The notes beneath the pieces are model-generated. The model worked only from the letters and a program-made list of their open reading frames with translations. It was not told the DNA's origin and searched no databases. A DNA stretch of 64,000 bases from positions 2,336,001 to 2,400,000 of the forward strand of contig OY776562.1 of NCBI GenBank assembly GCA_963675785.1, written 5' to 3'. The stretch comes from Anaerolineae bacterium (GTDB lineage Bacteria; Chloroflexota; Anaerolineae; UBA1429). Both the position numbers and the translations under genes were made by a program. Numbering within the stretch: position 1 is the stretch's first letter; each line of letters opens with the position of its first letter. Below are positions 25,697-35,214 of the stretch, piece by piece.

Positions 25697-27004
25697 GTGA
25701 AACGACTCTTGAAACGACCTATCAATATTGAATTTGCTTTACGTGGTCTAGGGACAAGCAAACTTCGTGCAGCTCTCACGATACTGGGGATCATCATCGG
25801 CATCGCTGCGGTTATCACGATCGTCTCGTTAGGCCAAGGTCTCAGCAGTGCAACCAAGGCACAGATGGAATCCCTTACCAGTGGCATGATCGAAATCACT
25901 TCGTCGTCAAGCTCTTCTAGCATGGGGGGCATGGCTGGCATGATGGGAGGACGCAGTATGTTCTCCATGACACAGTCTACGTCTTCGACAGCCGCTGTAT
26001 TGACACTCGATGACGCCAAAGCCATCAAGACGTTTTCTAGTCGTGTGGATGCTGTAACTGCCGTAATCGAACTGTCGGGCACGCTCGCTTGGAGCGGCCA
26101 GAGTGTTTCCAATAGCGAGATACTCGGTGTCACTTCAGAGTGGCTTGACGTTTATCAGCGGGAGATGTATCTGGGACGTTTTATCTCGGATCAAGACAAT
26201 GAGGATATGTCAGCGGTCATTGTGATTGGCGAGGACTTGGCAGAAGACTTGATGGGCAGCAGCACCAATCCCATCGGTGAAGTAGTTCGTATTACGGTGG
26301 ATGACGTGACACAAAGCTATACGATCATTGGTGTGTTGGCCAGTGATTCGACAGTCACTTCCTCGCAGTACACGCTCATTGTCCCTATGGACTCTGCTAT
26401 TGCGCGAATGCCCGGGGCCCGTGAGAATGGTATCAGCACGATCATCATTCGCGTAGACGCGAGCGACTCGGACGAACGTGATCTAGCCGTAGCTGAAATC
26501 AACACAATCCTGCGTGCCAGCCATAAACTGGAAAGTTCAGAAAGTGAAGATTTCACAATAAGCGACACCATGGAGTTCAGCGAAAGTACATCCAGTTTTG
26601 TACAGGTTCTCACAATCGTCCTATCCATGATCGCCGGTATCTCACTCATTGTGGGCAGTATCGGCCTCATGAACATCATGCTGGTAACGGTAAGCGAACG
26701 CACCTGGGAGATAGGCATGCGCAGGGCCATTGGCGCACAACGCAGTGACATCATGATTCAGTTTCTGATGGAAGCTATCTTCCTGTCACTGGCCGGAGGA
26801 ATAGTGGGTATGGTCCTTGGGATTCTGGGGTCATACGGCGTAGCATCGCTGTATGAAGAACTGCAGGGATATATCACTGTGACGCCCAACATTATCGGCA
26901 TCTCTATTGGCGTATCGGCTGCCGTGGGCATCCTCTCTGGTCTCTATCCTGCCTGGCGAGCTGCCCGATTGCAGCCAACCGAAGCACTGCGTCATGTGGC
27001 CTAG
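25697..27004 (+). CDS. MacB/YknZ-like ABC permease, operon 2
   Basis: Paralog of 19647-20939; GTG start at 25697 after GAGGGG. Confidence 0.9.
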   Translation: MKRLLKRPINIEFALRGLGTSKLRAALTILGIIIGIAAVITIVSLGQGLSSATKAQMESLTSGMIEITSSSSSSSMGGMAGMMGGRSMFSMTQSTSSTAAVLTLDDAKAIKTFSSRVDAVTAVIELSGTLAWSGQSVSNSEILGVTSEWLDVYQREMYLGRFISDQDNEDMSAVIVIGEDLAEDLMGSSTNPIGEVVRITVDDVTQSYTIIGVLASDSTVTSSQYTLIVPMDSAIARMPGARENGISTIIIRVDASDSDERDLAVAEINTILRASHKLESSESEDFTISDTMEFSESTSSFVQVLTIVLSMIAGISLIVGSIGLMNIMLVTVSERTWEIGMRRAIGAQRSDIMIQFLMEAIFLSLAGGIVGMVLGILGSYGVASLYEELQGYITVTPNIIGISIGVSAAVGILSGLYPAWRAARLQPTEALRHVA

Positions 27005-27027
27005 TTGTAGCGAACAGGAGATATTTT

Positions 27028-27720
27028 ATGCCAAGTGATAATGGCGCTTTGTTGCACCTGGAGAGTATTCGCAAGGTCTACCAGATGGGCGAAGTGGAAG
27101 TAGAAGCTATCAAAGATGTCACACTAAAGATCTATCCGGGAGAGTTTGTAGCCATTGTGGGGCCATCGGGCTCTGGCAAGACGACCATGCTCAATATCAC
27201 TGGCTGTCTCGACTTGCCTTCGCATGGCGAGTACTATCTTCAGGGAAAAGACATGATGGCCATGAACGACAAGCAGATCTCGCAGCTTCGCGGTGAAGGG
27301 CTAGGCTTTGTTTTTCAAAACTATAGTTTGCTAAACCGTGCTACGGCTCTGACCAATGTCGAAATGCCTTATCTCTACAAGCACCGCAGTGGCAACCGGG
27401 AACGCGCCAAAGAACTGCTAGAGGCCGTCGGATTGGGGGATCGTCTGAATCACTGCCCCACCGAGATGTCTGGCGGACAGCAGCAACGCGTAGCTGTAGC
27501 CCGAGCTTTGATGAATAACCCGTTCTTGCTGCTAGCCGACGAGCCCACCGGGAACCTGGACACACACTCTGGGCAAGAACTCATGGATCTGTTCGACAAG
27601 CTCAACCAAGAACAGGGTCTCACGATCATCATGGTGACCCATGATGTCGATGTAAGCGAACGGGCCAAACGCATTGTTCATATGCGCGATGGTCTGATCG
27701 AGCATGATCAGATCAATTAA
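27028..27720 (+). CDS. ABC ATP-binding protein, operon 2
   Basis: [25 protein letters not shown]; close paralog of 20966-21664. Confidence 0.95.
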   Translation: MPSDNGALLHLESIRKVYQMGEVEVEAIKDVTLKIYPGEFVAIVGPSGSGKTTMLNITGCLDLPSHGEYYLQGKDMMAMNDKQISQLRGEGLGFVFQNYSLLNRATALTNVEMPYLYKHRSGNRERAKELLEAVGLGDRLNHCPTEMSGGQQQRVAVARALMNNPFLLLADEPTGNLDTHSGQELMDLFDKLNQEQGLTIIMVTHDVDVSERAKRIVHMRDGLIEHDQIN

Positions 27721-27728
27721 CCCAAGAA

Positions 27729-27757
27729 GAAGGGGGCAGCAAAAGCTGCCCCTTTTT
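27729..27757. terminator. Bidirectional terminator
   Basis: AGGGGGCAGC-AAAA-GCTGCCCCTTTTT between convergent genes. Confidence 0.8.
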
Positions 27758-29482
27758 CTAATCAAGCGTGACCAACACGGGTATAGTCCCCGCGCCCTCC
27801 TCAAGCGTTCCTAACGCCTTGCCGATTACTGTGCCCGGAGATGGCACAGTTGAAACCATAGCCAAGCCGAGATTGGAAGAAGAGACCAGTAAATCACCGG
27901 GGGCAATTGAGGCAGAACTAGCATCAACGTTGATCCAGCCGAATGTCCCCGAGGTTACGACATTCACATACTCCCCCGTGAGGATGCTTTCTGATTCGAG
28001 GACCTCCCCATTCTCCTCTGTTGCCTCGTCGAGCACCACACGCTCATCGACCACGCCGACCACGGCGGTACTGTTCGCCTCTGTGCAAGCTTTTACCAAC
28101 AGTAAGGGAATATCACCTAGCACGGGCTCGCCTACGCCGACGATAACCACCACATCGCCTTGATGCAACGGTGTCTCGCCCACGTTCATGGCCAGATCGA
28201 CAAGATAACCGCTCTTGCTACCTTCGACGGTGAGATCGCCCATCACGGTCAAATCGCCAGTCATCGTCGTAATGCCATTGACATAGAGACCAGCTCCGTC
28301 CGAACTCGATCCATCGAGATAGGCTGCCCAAGAACCATATCCGCCAGCAGCATACAGCCCTCGATAGGTGTTCGAGGTAATATAAGCACCATAGCTATTC
28401 TCAGAAGCCAGATAAGCACCGTAGGAATTGGTACTCAGGCCTTGCACTGCATAGCTGTTCGTGCTAGTGCCAACGACGCCTTTGCCATCCTTGGATGTAC
28501 CCATCACACCCACATCCTGGCCGAGTCCCTGCACGCCAATTTTGCCGACAGATGGCTCTTCCAGTGATTGACCGCTCTGGCCCACCACGCCCGAGTTAGT
28601 CTCACTCTCGCCAACGACTCCCGCTTCTGACTCTGAAACGGCCTGAAGGGCTGTTCCGTTAGAAGAACTGAAATATCCACCATAGCCCGTATCCGTGCTG
28701 GCACCATACACCGCTGTGCCAGTCGTGCATGTGCCATACAAAGCATAGCCAGAGTTCGCTTGCCCCTTGAGAGCGATACCTGACTCGCTCGTCCCTAAAA
28801 CGGCCGGGTAGGTTTCTGAGGCAGTCTCAGCCATAAGACCCACACCATTTTCGCTGTAGGCATAGACACCCGGAGCATAGGCATTGGCCTGAGAAGGGTC
28901 GGCACTGCTGGCTGCATAGACACCCGCAGCACTGGTTGAAGTGAACGAGCCGCCATATGAAGAGTCTCCAGTTCCGGTGCTTTGGCCAGCTATGCCCACG
29001 CCACTATTAGAACTGCCAGACAAACCGACGCCAGAATCCGAGGCAACAGAAAGCGCAGTGCCGCTAGAAGCTTGAATGCTGGCCCCCGGCAGCACGCCAG
29101 CAGCATAAGGTACAGCCGTCAATGGTTGACGCGGCGAAAGGGTTTCGCCATCCACTTGAACAGACAGCCAGAGGTCTCGGCCATCGAAAAGACTCGCAGG
29201 AACATTCAGGGTGACATCAAAGATGCCTTCATCCACGGAGACGGCTGTGAGGATACCGCTATCATACAAAGCTGTGACTGACACGGCGCCAGTATAAAGA
29301 CGAAAGCGCATATCGATGAGACCATTTATGGCTACGCCGCCAGCATCTGCCAGATAGCCGCTGTAACCCAGCGAAATATTGCTATCATCAGCAGATAAAA
29401 CTGGTGCGTCGGCAGCTGCTGATGATGCCGCCAAGAGCAGTACGAGGCAACAGACAGATATGAGAAACAGGGATCTCTTCAT
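27758..29482 (-). CDS. Secreted Gly/Ser-rich fibre/adhesin-like protein
   Basis: Signal peptide; N-domain ending ETLSPRQPLTAVPYA; many GxxGxS repeats; C-domain IAPGDLLVSS...GTVIGKAL. Confidence 0.65.
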   Translation of the reverse strand: MKRSLFLISVCCLVLLLAASSAAADAPVLSADDSNISLGYSGYLADAGGVAINGLIDMRFRLYTGAVSVTALYDSGILTAVSVDEGIFDVTLNVPASLFDGRDLWLSVQVDGETLSPRQPLTAVPYAAGVLPGASIQASSGTALSVASDSGVGLSGSSNSGVGIAGQSTGTGDSSYGGSFTSTSAAGVYAASSADPSQANAYAPGVYAYSENGVGLMAETASETYPAVLGTSESGIALKGQANSGYALYGTCTTGTAVYGASTDTGYGGYFSSSNGTALQAVSESEAGVVGESETNSGVVGQSGQSLEEPSVGKIGVQGLGQDVGVMGTSKDGKGVVGTSTNSYAVQGLSTNSYGAYLASENSYGAYITSNTYRGLYAAGGYGSWAAYLDGSSSDGAGLYVNGITTMTGDLTVMGDLTVEGSKSGYLVDLAMNVGETPLHQGDVVVIVGVGEPVLGDIPLLLVKACTEANSTAVVGVVDERVVLDEATEENGEVLESESILTGEYVNVVTSGTFGWINVDASSASIAPGDLLVSSSNLGLAMVSTVPSPGTVIGKALGTLEEGAGTIPVLVTLD

Positions 29483-29593
29483 TTCGCATCAGCTCCATCG
29501 CAAATCATGACTAGAACAATAGAGTCATCATAACGCAATCAGGAACAGTGATGCAACACAAAAAGATGGGTCACGATACAAAGAGAGAGGTAA

Positions 29594-30901
29594 TTAGCGA
29601 GTTTGGTTCTGCAACCATGTTTCAGCCTGAGCAGTGTTGACAAGTACACCGCGCACCTGAGCCAGGGTCAGTTCGTTGAGGAGGCGGCCAATCTCGGGAC
29701 CAGTTGCGCCGGTGAGCCGCTGTACATCGTTGCCAGTGAGGAGCCGGGGAGGTGTAACGAGCCGATCATGCTGTTCATACCAGGCAGAAAGCAAGGCGTC
29801 ACGCGTTTCTGCCGATGAAGAGCTTGGCGAAAGAGTGGCATGGAACACGGCCGCATCAACGCCCGATTCATTGAGCGCATCATAGTAGGCGTAAATGCGT
29901 TCCGGATCACGCCACCATCCGGGGGCCCAAGCGGAGAGCCAGGCTAGCCCCTGGCGAAGGCGCAGCAAGTGAGCACATTCGCGGCTGCTAAGCACCAGCC
30001 TTTCGCAGATGGCGGGCCAGATTTCATCTTCACCCACAGCCCCCCACAAAAGAAGGGCCAAACGATTGAGCAACCAGCGCGGGCGATCTGCAGCCATGAG
30101 CTGCTGCCAATCTCGATCCAGAGCCTCTGTTAAATACGAATCAGCCACGAATTCAGCAGGCTTTTTCAGCAAAGTGTTCAAGCTCTGAATGCCACAAATC
30201 AGCGCTGTACTCTCAATACCCAACGTTATTTGCGACAAGTCGAGCCTGACGAATAAGTCAAGGGCATTGAGCGGCTCTGGCGCGGACAACATGGCCAGAA
30301 ACTCGTCGCGGATTCGCTCGGGCGAGACAGAAGGCAGCAATTCACGATCGCGCTGTACAAGTTCGAGAGTATGGGCCTCAATAGAAAAGCCCAGTGTGCC
30401 CGCAAAGCGGACAGCACGCAAAACACGAAGGGGATCGTCAGACAAGCTGGCATCGGTAATTGCCCGAATACGCCCATCCTGAAGATCCGTCAGGCCAGAG
30501 GAAACATCGATCACCTGATAGGTTTCATCGCCAATGTGCCAGGCCAGTGCATTCACTGTGAAATCCCTGTGAAACAGATCACCTTCCAGAGTTGGTTCGC
30601 GGTACTTTGTTATGTCAATATGAGTGGCTGCGTCAAGAAGCACGCGGCACACGTCACGTTCGGCATCGAGGACGTAAAAGGCCACATCCAGATCGCGGGC
30701 TAACGCTCGCCCAGTACAGATGGCTCCCTCGGACACCAAGATATCCAGATCAGCAACGGGGCGCCTCAAAAGGAGATCTCGAACGGTGCCCCCTACAACG
30801 AACGCCTCTGGACATGAAGCAAGAAAAGACAGAGCCTGGGCGAAACGCGGCGCAGTGCTCAGCCATGAGCAGAACGCCTCACCCAGACTGTTCGCTAGCA
30901 T
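29594..30901 (-). CDS. CCA tRNA nucleotidyltransferase / poly(A) polymerase family
   Basis: VVGGTVRD.LL...DLDI, DLFHRDFTVNA, DDPLRVLRAVRF, VSPERIRDEF. Confidence 0.85.
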   Translation of the reverse strand: MLANSLGEAFCSWLSTAPRFAQALSFLASCPEAFVVGGTVRDLLLRRPVADLDILVSEGAICTGRALARDLDVAFYVLDAERDVCRVLLDAATHIDITKYREPTLEGDLFHRDFTVNALAWHIGDETYQVIDVSSGLTDLQDGRIRAITDASLSDDPLRVLRAVRFAGTLGFSIEAHTLELVQRDRELLPSVSPERIRDEFLAMLSAPEPLNALDLFVRLDLSQITLGIESTALICGIQSLNTLLKKPAEFVADSYLTEALDRDWQQLMAADRPRWLLNRLALLLWGAVGEDEIWPAICERLVLSSRECAHLLRLRQGLAWLSAWAPGWWRDPERIYAYYDALNESGVDAAVFHATLSPSSSSAETRDALLSAWYEQHDRLVTPPRLLTGNDVQRLTGATGPEIGRLLNELTLAQVRGVLVNTAQAETWLQNQTR

Positions 30902-31518
30902 GAGATGCCCGCCCGTTTCAGCAACAGGTGCTGCAGGGCAATCACAACTGTAGCAGTTTTCATCTGGCCCTCGCGCATCATACGTACAGCCTCGTCCAAG
31001 GGGAAACTACAAACCAGAATGTCTTCCGATTCGGACTCGAGGCCGCCCAGACATTGCCAACCTGATTCGATTGAGATGGGTGCCAGATACACAAACAGCC
31101 GCTCGGAGCAGGCCCCACCGCTGGGAAACACGGTGGCTACATATTCGAGTTCATCCAAGGTGAGATGCGCCTCTTCCATGGCCTCGCGCCGAACCACGTC
31201 CTCTGGCTGCTGGCCATCCAACATGCCAGCAATAGTCTCCCACAGCCAACCGTCGCCCTCGCGCACATAGGCGGGACAACGGAACTGCTTGATGAGTACC
31301 ACCATACCCGTCTCGGGGTCATAGGGCAGCACGGCCACCGCATCGCCACGTTCGAAAACCAGACGCTTCATCACCGGCCCCATACCGCCACCGAACAGCT
31401 CGTACTGGAGGGTATAGCGGTCTACCTTGAAGAAATCATCAAGCAAGCGTTCGCGGTTTAGCACCTCGACGCGAGATGGCGATAGTTCTTTTAAATTCTT
31501 TTCACTCTTTACAACCAC
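30895..31518 (-). CDS. NUDIX hydrolase, ADP-ribose pyrophosphatase-like (start uncertain)
   Basis: VFERGDAVAVLPYDP, QFR.P, AGM...RREAMEEA Nudix box, SGG..SE, ESEDI. Confidence 0.85.
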   Translation of the reverse strand: MVVKSEKNLKELSPSRVEVLNRERLLDDFFKVDRYTLQYELFGGGMGPVMKRLVFERGDAVAVLPYDPETGMVVLIKQFRCPAYVREGDGWLWETIAGMLDGQQPEDVVRREAMEEAHLTLDELEYVATVFPSGGACSERLFVYLAPISIESGWQCLGGLESESEDILVCSFPLDEAVRMMREGQMKTATVVIALQHLLLKRAGISC

Positions 31519-32180
31519 GCAACCAACTCCCCAACTCCCCACACAGTCAAATCAGGGCATGAATCCGCAAAACGAGCAAGATCGCCATGACTGGCCACGG
31601 CCACAGTCAATGCACCAACCGCCTTGCCCGCCAGAATATCCATCACATAATCACCGCACATGACCGACTCTGCACCCGACACACCAAAAGCATCCAGGGC
31701 CACCTGCAGATGCTCAGGGTTGGGCTTGACCTTGGGGGCATCCTCACGCGCGACCAGTAGATCGCAAGGGATATTGTTAGCCATCAGAATGTATTCGGCT
31801 GCTTTGCGACAATTGCGCGTAACGATGGCCGTTTTGAAACCGCGTAAAGCTAAAGCTGCAAACAATTCCTGCACACCGTCAAACACTCGCGCTGAAGGGG
31901 CCGCCATGAGCTCTACCCGCTCGATGGCTCCATCAGCAGCCAAGCGAAACTCCGCAGCCACCTCAGATGAGGCCTTGGCGGCCTCGTGTTCCACATGATC
32001 TACTAGTTCCAACACCGGATGCTGGCCCGCAAAGGGCAGGCAAGACGCGAGATCGTAGGCAGCAATGGTGCGCATCACCTCGGCACGCATCAAGGCAAAA
32101 TCCACGCGTTGCTCGACAAGCGTGCCGTCCAAATCGAACAACCAGGCCCGAGCCCGGCTCAAACGTTCCAGATTGTCCAT
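31509..32180 (-). CDS. HAD-superfamily phosphatase
   Basis: FDLDGTL, IVTRN, KPNP, CGD..MDI.AG motifs. Confidence 0.85.
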   Translation of the reverse strand: MDNLERLSRARAWLFDLDGTLVEQRVDFALMRAEVMRTIAAYDLASCLPFAGQHPVLELVDHVEHEAAKASSEVAAEFRLAADGAIERVELMAAPSARVFDGVQELFAALALRGFKTAIVTRNCRKAAEYILMANNIPCDLLVAREDAPKVKPNPEHLQVALDAFGVSGAESVMCGDYVMDILAGKAVGALTVAVASHGDLARFADSCPDLTVWGVGELVAWL

Positions 32181-32181
32181 G

Positions 32182-35100
32182 CTATTTGAATCCCAACACC
32201 CGGTTATTCAACGTATCGCACACATAGAGCGTGCCATCATCACTCAGGGCCACGCCAGTAGGCTGGTTCAAGCCATTCACGCCCGATCCCGTCTGCCCCC
32301 AGGTTCTCACCAGATTTCCCTCGCCATCAAACTCTAGGATACGGTCATCCTCGGGATCACTGACAAACACATGGCCCTCATCATCCACAGCGATATAGGG
32401 CTTGTTCACCACGGAGGTGCCTTCCCAGGAATAGATTGTCCATTCCCGGACATAGCGCAACTGATCATCAAAAACCTGTACGCGGTGATTCCATGTATCC
32501 ACCACATATAAATAGCCGTCAGGGCCTATCGCCAAGCCCACCGGCTCTTGGAACTGGCCCGCATCCGAGCCAGAGCCGCCGATGATAGCCAGCGTGTCTC
32601 CATCGGCATTGTACTTGACGATGCGTTTGTTACCGGTATCGGCCACATACACGTTACCCTGCTCATCCAGAACGATATCACGTGGACCATAGAGTAAATA
32701 GCCCGAGCCGGACACATCCTCTTGACCAAACTGCCCCCAGGCATTGACGAGTGTGCCATCGGGGTCAAACACCTGGATGCGCCCGTTCCAGGTATCGGCC
32801 ACATAACAAGTGCCATCATCGGCTACAGCAATGCCCCAGGGTTCGGAAAACTGGCCCAGCTCGGAACCGCTGCTGCCCAAAGTGCCAATTTCGATGCCTT
32901 CACTCGACAGAATGGTGACACGGTTCGCCGATCCTTCGGCAATATAGATATTGCCCTCAGCGTCTATGTCAACATCTTTGGGCGCACTCAAAGTCAACGT
33001 GTCCGCTGAACCTGTCAGGATCACATCGGCGTCTACTGATTCCCACAAGTCGAGGTACTCGTCGCCCGGGAGCGTACCGTCGAGCGAAGCCGTCTCGATG
33101 CCATAATCCCAGAGCTGCTGCGCAATATCGCGGCGAATATACATGGAAAAGCGGCTCACCAGCGGCCAATTATCGGTGCTCACGGTGTATTCACGACTCC
33201 AGATAATGTTCCATATCTGCTCGCGACTCTCAGCGTTGGTGAGCTTGTCCCACACATTGCGCAGGGTAAGGTTAAAATAGGTGTCTTGATTGGGCCACCA
33301 AATGAGGCGGTAATCACGCACATAATAGTCAGTACCCAGATAAGATGAGACTGCCGCTTGGTTACCAGAACTCACCAGAATAACATCAGCGCCCATTACG
33401 CTAGAAGCTGTATCTTCTGTAAAGAGAATGCGGTTATCGAAATCGCGCAGGTACCACTCGAAAGGCCACGATGATTCGTTGTCATAAGCAACTGTGAGGT
33501 GCAGATCGCCGGTCAAACGCTCTGAAAGCTCTTCCAACTCGTCGGCCACCAAAGCCACGTCTGGCGTGCCCTGGGCGTATACCATGTATTCGGTCGCCAT
33601 GGCCGCATTGCTAAAGCTAGCCATGAAAGCAAAACGTAGTGTGACGGCAGCCAGGATAGAGAACAGCGACAGACCGACCATGCGCCAGCCATCTTGGCGC
33701 GACAGGCGAGACAGGATCCGTGTCATGAAATAGATCACAATTGCCCCGCCAATGAGAGTGACAACCGTTCTCATCCACTCTTGCTGGGCAATGCGGCTCA
33801 CATCCAAAGGGTTCCCCGGCGAAAGCAGGCGATAAACGACATAGAGAAGCATGGGCACGAGAAGCAGCAGCCACAGGCCACCCTTTTCGCGCAGCGCCTT
33901 CCAGTCAGTCTCAAACAGGTGTGCTGCGGTCCAACCGGCCAATAACTGCATCGGGATGGCGATGTGGATCATCAACCAGGGCATTTTCTCGCCAGCCCAG
34001 CTGTACATGACAAAAGTAAGGACAAACCAAACGATGAGCAGCGGCACAAAGGGGATGGAAGGTAGGTTGCTCAAGCCTTCGATCTGCGGCGATTTCTGGC
34101 GGCGATCACCTTTGGCGGCGTAAACACCAATGCCGCAAAGAGCGAGGATGAGCGGCAGGAATTCGTACAGCGAGATGAACAGGGCATAGTAATAGCCAGG
34201 CTGGTTGCCGCGCTTGACGCCCTGCTGAGAAAGCCAGTAACCCAACTGCCCCACGATACCCGTCGCTAGGCCCTCGACGGGATTGGTGAACATGCTGGTA
34301 AAGAGGGGGATGAAAATAGCCCAGAAAATGCCCGCCGAAACGAGCCACTTTTTGCGATTCCACAGAATGCCCAACAAAGCAGAAAGGGCAATCATGCCAC
34401 CCACAATGGCCGCCTTGGCCCCCAACTGGGTGGTGTAATCCACCGAATCCATGCCCAACAGGTTGATCACAAAGGGCGAGGCAAGGGGCAATATGAGCGT
34501 GACCATTACGGCCATGAGATCGAATACGGGAAGGTCGATAGCCTGACGGAAATTGAGCGGACGCATTCTATAAAGATGGTAGAGCCAATAGGCAAACAAG
34601 AACACGCCAAAGATGAAATAGGTAATAAAGGTGGTCTCTTTGGCCGTGAAGCCCAATGATATCATGGCGGCAGCCAAATAGAGATCGCGCGGTTTGCGAT
34701 GCGCAAGGTAGCGCAGGCTGGCCACTAACAATAACAGGTTAAAGAGCGCTACAAATTGATCGTGGCGAATGTAGCGAGAACGAGTCATCAATACGGGCGA
34801 AATGGCCATAAATAAGGCGGCCAACAGAGCACCCTTTTTGCCCAACCACTCTTTGAGCAGCAGGGGCACCAGGGTGATGCCGATGCCAAAGAGAGCCGCC
34901 CCCAGACGCGCTGTAAAGTCGGTATCGCCAAATATGGAAAAGATAAAGGCCGTAAACGTGTACAGGAAGGGGCCATGATAGACGGGGTTATGTTGGTAGC
35001 CCTGGCCGGTGATGTATTTCCATGACATCCAGGCATGGATGCTCTCATCATGGCTGTAAGCACGCCCGCCCAGGTCCCACAGGCGAGTAAATACGACAAA

Positions 35101-35199
35101 GACAAACACCGCCACATAGAGCACCATGAACCATGAAATTCGCGAGCCCTTGAACAGCGGCCGGTCTAGAAATGTTGTTCGTTCCTGATCATTGGTCAT
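32182..35199 (-). CDS. TIGR03663-like GT-C membrane protein fused to a C-terminal NHL beta-propeller
   Basis: SHDESIHA, HNPVYHGP, SRYIRHD, TAKET, EKMPW, WPFEWYLRD; C-terminal F.EP.GIAV...YVADTWN.RIQVF repeats. Confidence 0.8.
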   Translation of the reverse strand: MTNDQERTTFLDRPLFKGSRISWFMVLYVAVFVFVVFTRLWDLGGRAYSHDESIHAWMSWKYITGQGYQHNPVYHGPFLYTFTAFIFSIFGDTDFTARLGAALFGIGITLVPLLLKEWLGKKGALLAALFMAISPVLMTRSRYIRHDQFVALFNLLLLVASLRYLAHRKPRDLYLAAAMISLGFTAKETTFITYFIFGVFLFAYWLYHLYRMRPLNFRQAIDLPVFDLMAVMVTLILPLASPFVINLLGMDSVDYTTQLGAKAAIVGGMIALSALLGILWNRKKWLVSAGIFWAIFIPLFTSMFTNPVEGLATGIVGQLGYWLSQQGVKRGNQPGYYYALFISLYEFLPLILALCGIGVYAAKGDRRQKSPQIEGLSNLPSIPFVPLLIVWFVLTFVMYSWAGEKMPWLMIHIAIPMQLLAGWTAAHLFETDWKALREKGGLWLLLLVPMLLYVVYRLLSPGNPLDVSRIAQQEWMRTVVTLIGGAIVIYFMTRILSRLSRQDGWRMVGLSLFSILAAVTLRFAFMASFSNAAMATEYMVYAQGTPDVALVADELEELSERLTGDLHLTVAYDNESSWPFEWYLRDFDNRILFTEDTASSVMGADVILVSSGNQAAVSSYLGTDYYVRDYRLIWWPNQDTYFNLTLRNVWDKLTNAESREQIWNIIWSREYTVSTDNWPLVSRFSMYIRRDIAQQLWDYGIETASLDGTLPGDEYLDLWESVDADVILTGSADTLTLSAPKDVDIDAEGNIYIAEGSANRVTILSSEGIEIGTLGSSGSELGQFSEPWGIAVADDGTCYVADTWNGRIQVFDPDGTLVNAWGQFGQEDVSGSGYLLYGPRDIVLDEQGNVYVADTGNKRIVKYNADGDTLAIIGGSGSDAGQFQEPVGLAIGPDGYLYVVDTWNHRVQVFDDQLRYVREWTIYSWEGTSVVNKPYIAVDDEGHVFVSDPEDDRILEFDGEGNLVRTWGQTGSGVNGLNQPTGVALSDDGTLYVCDTLNNRVLGFK

Positions 35200-35214
35200 G
35201 AAAGCATCTCCAAC

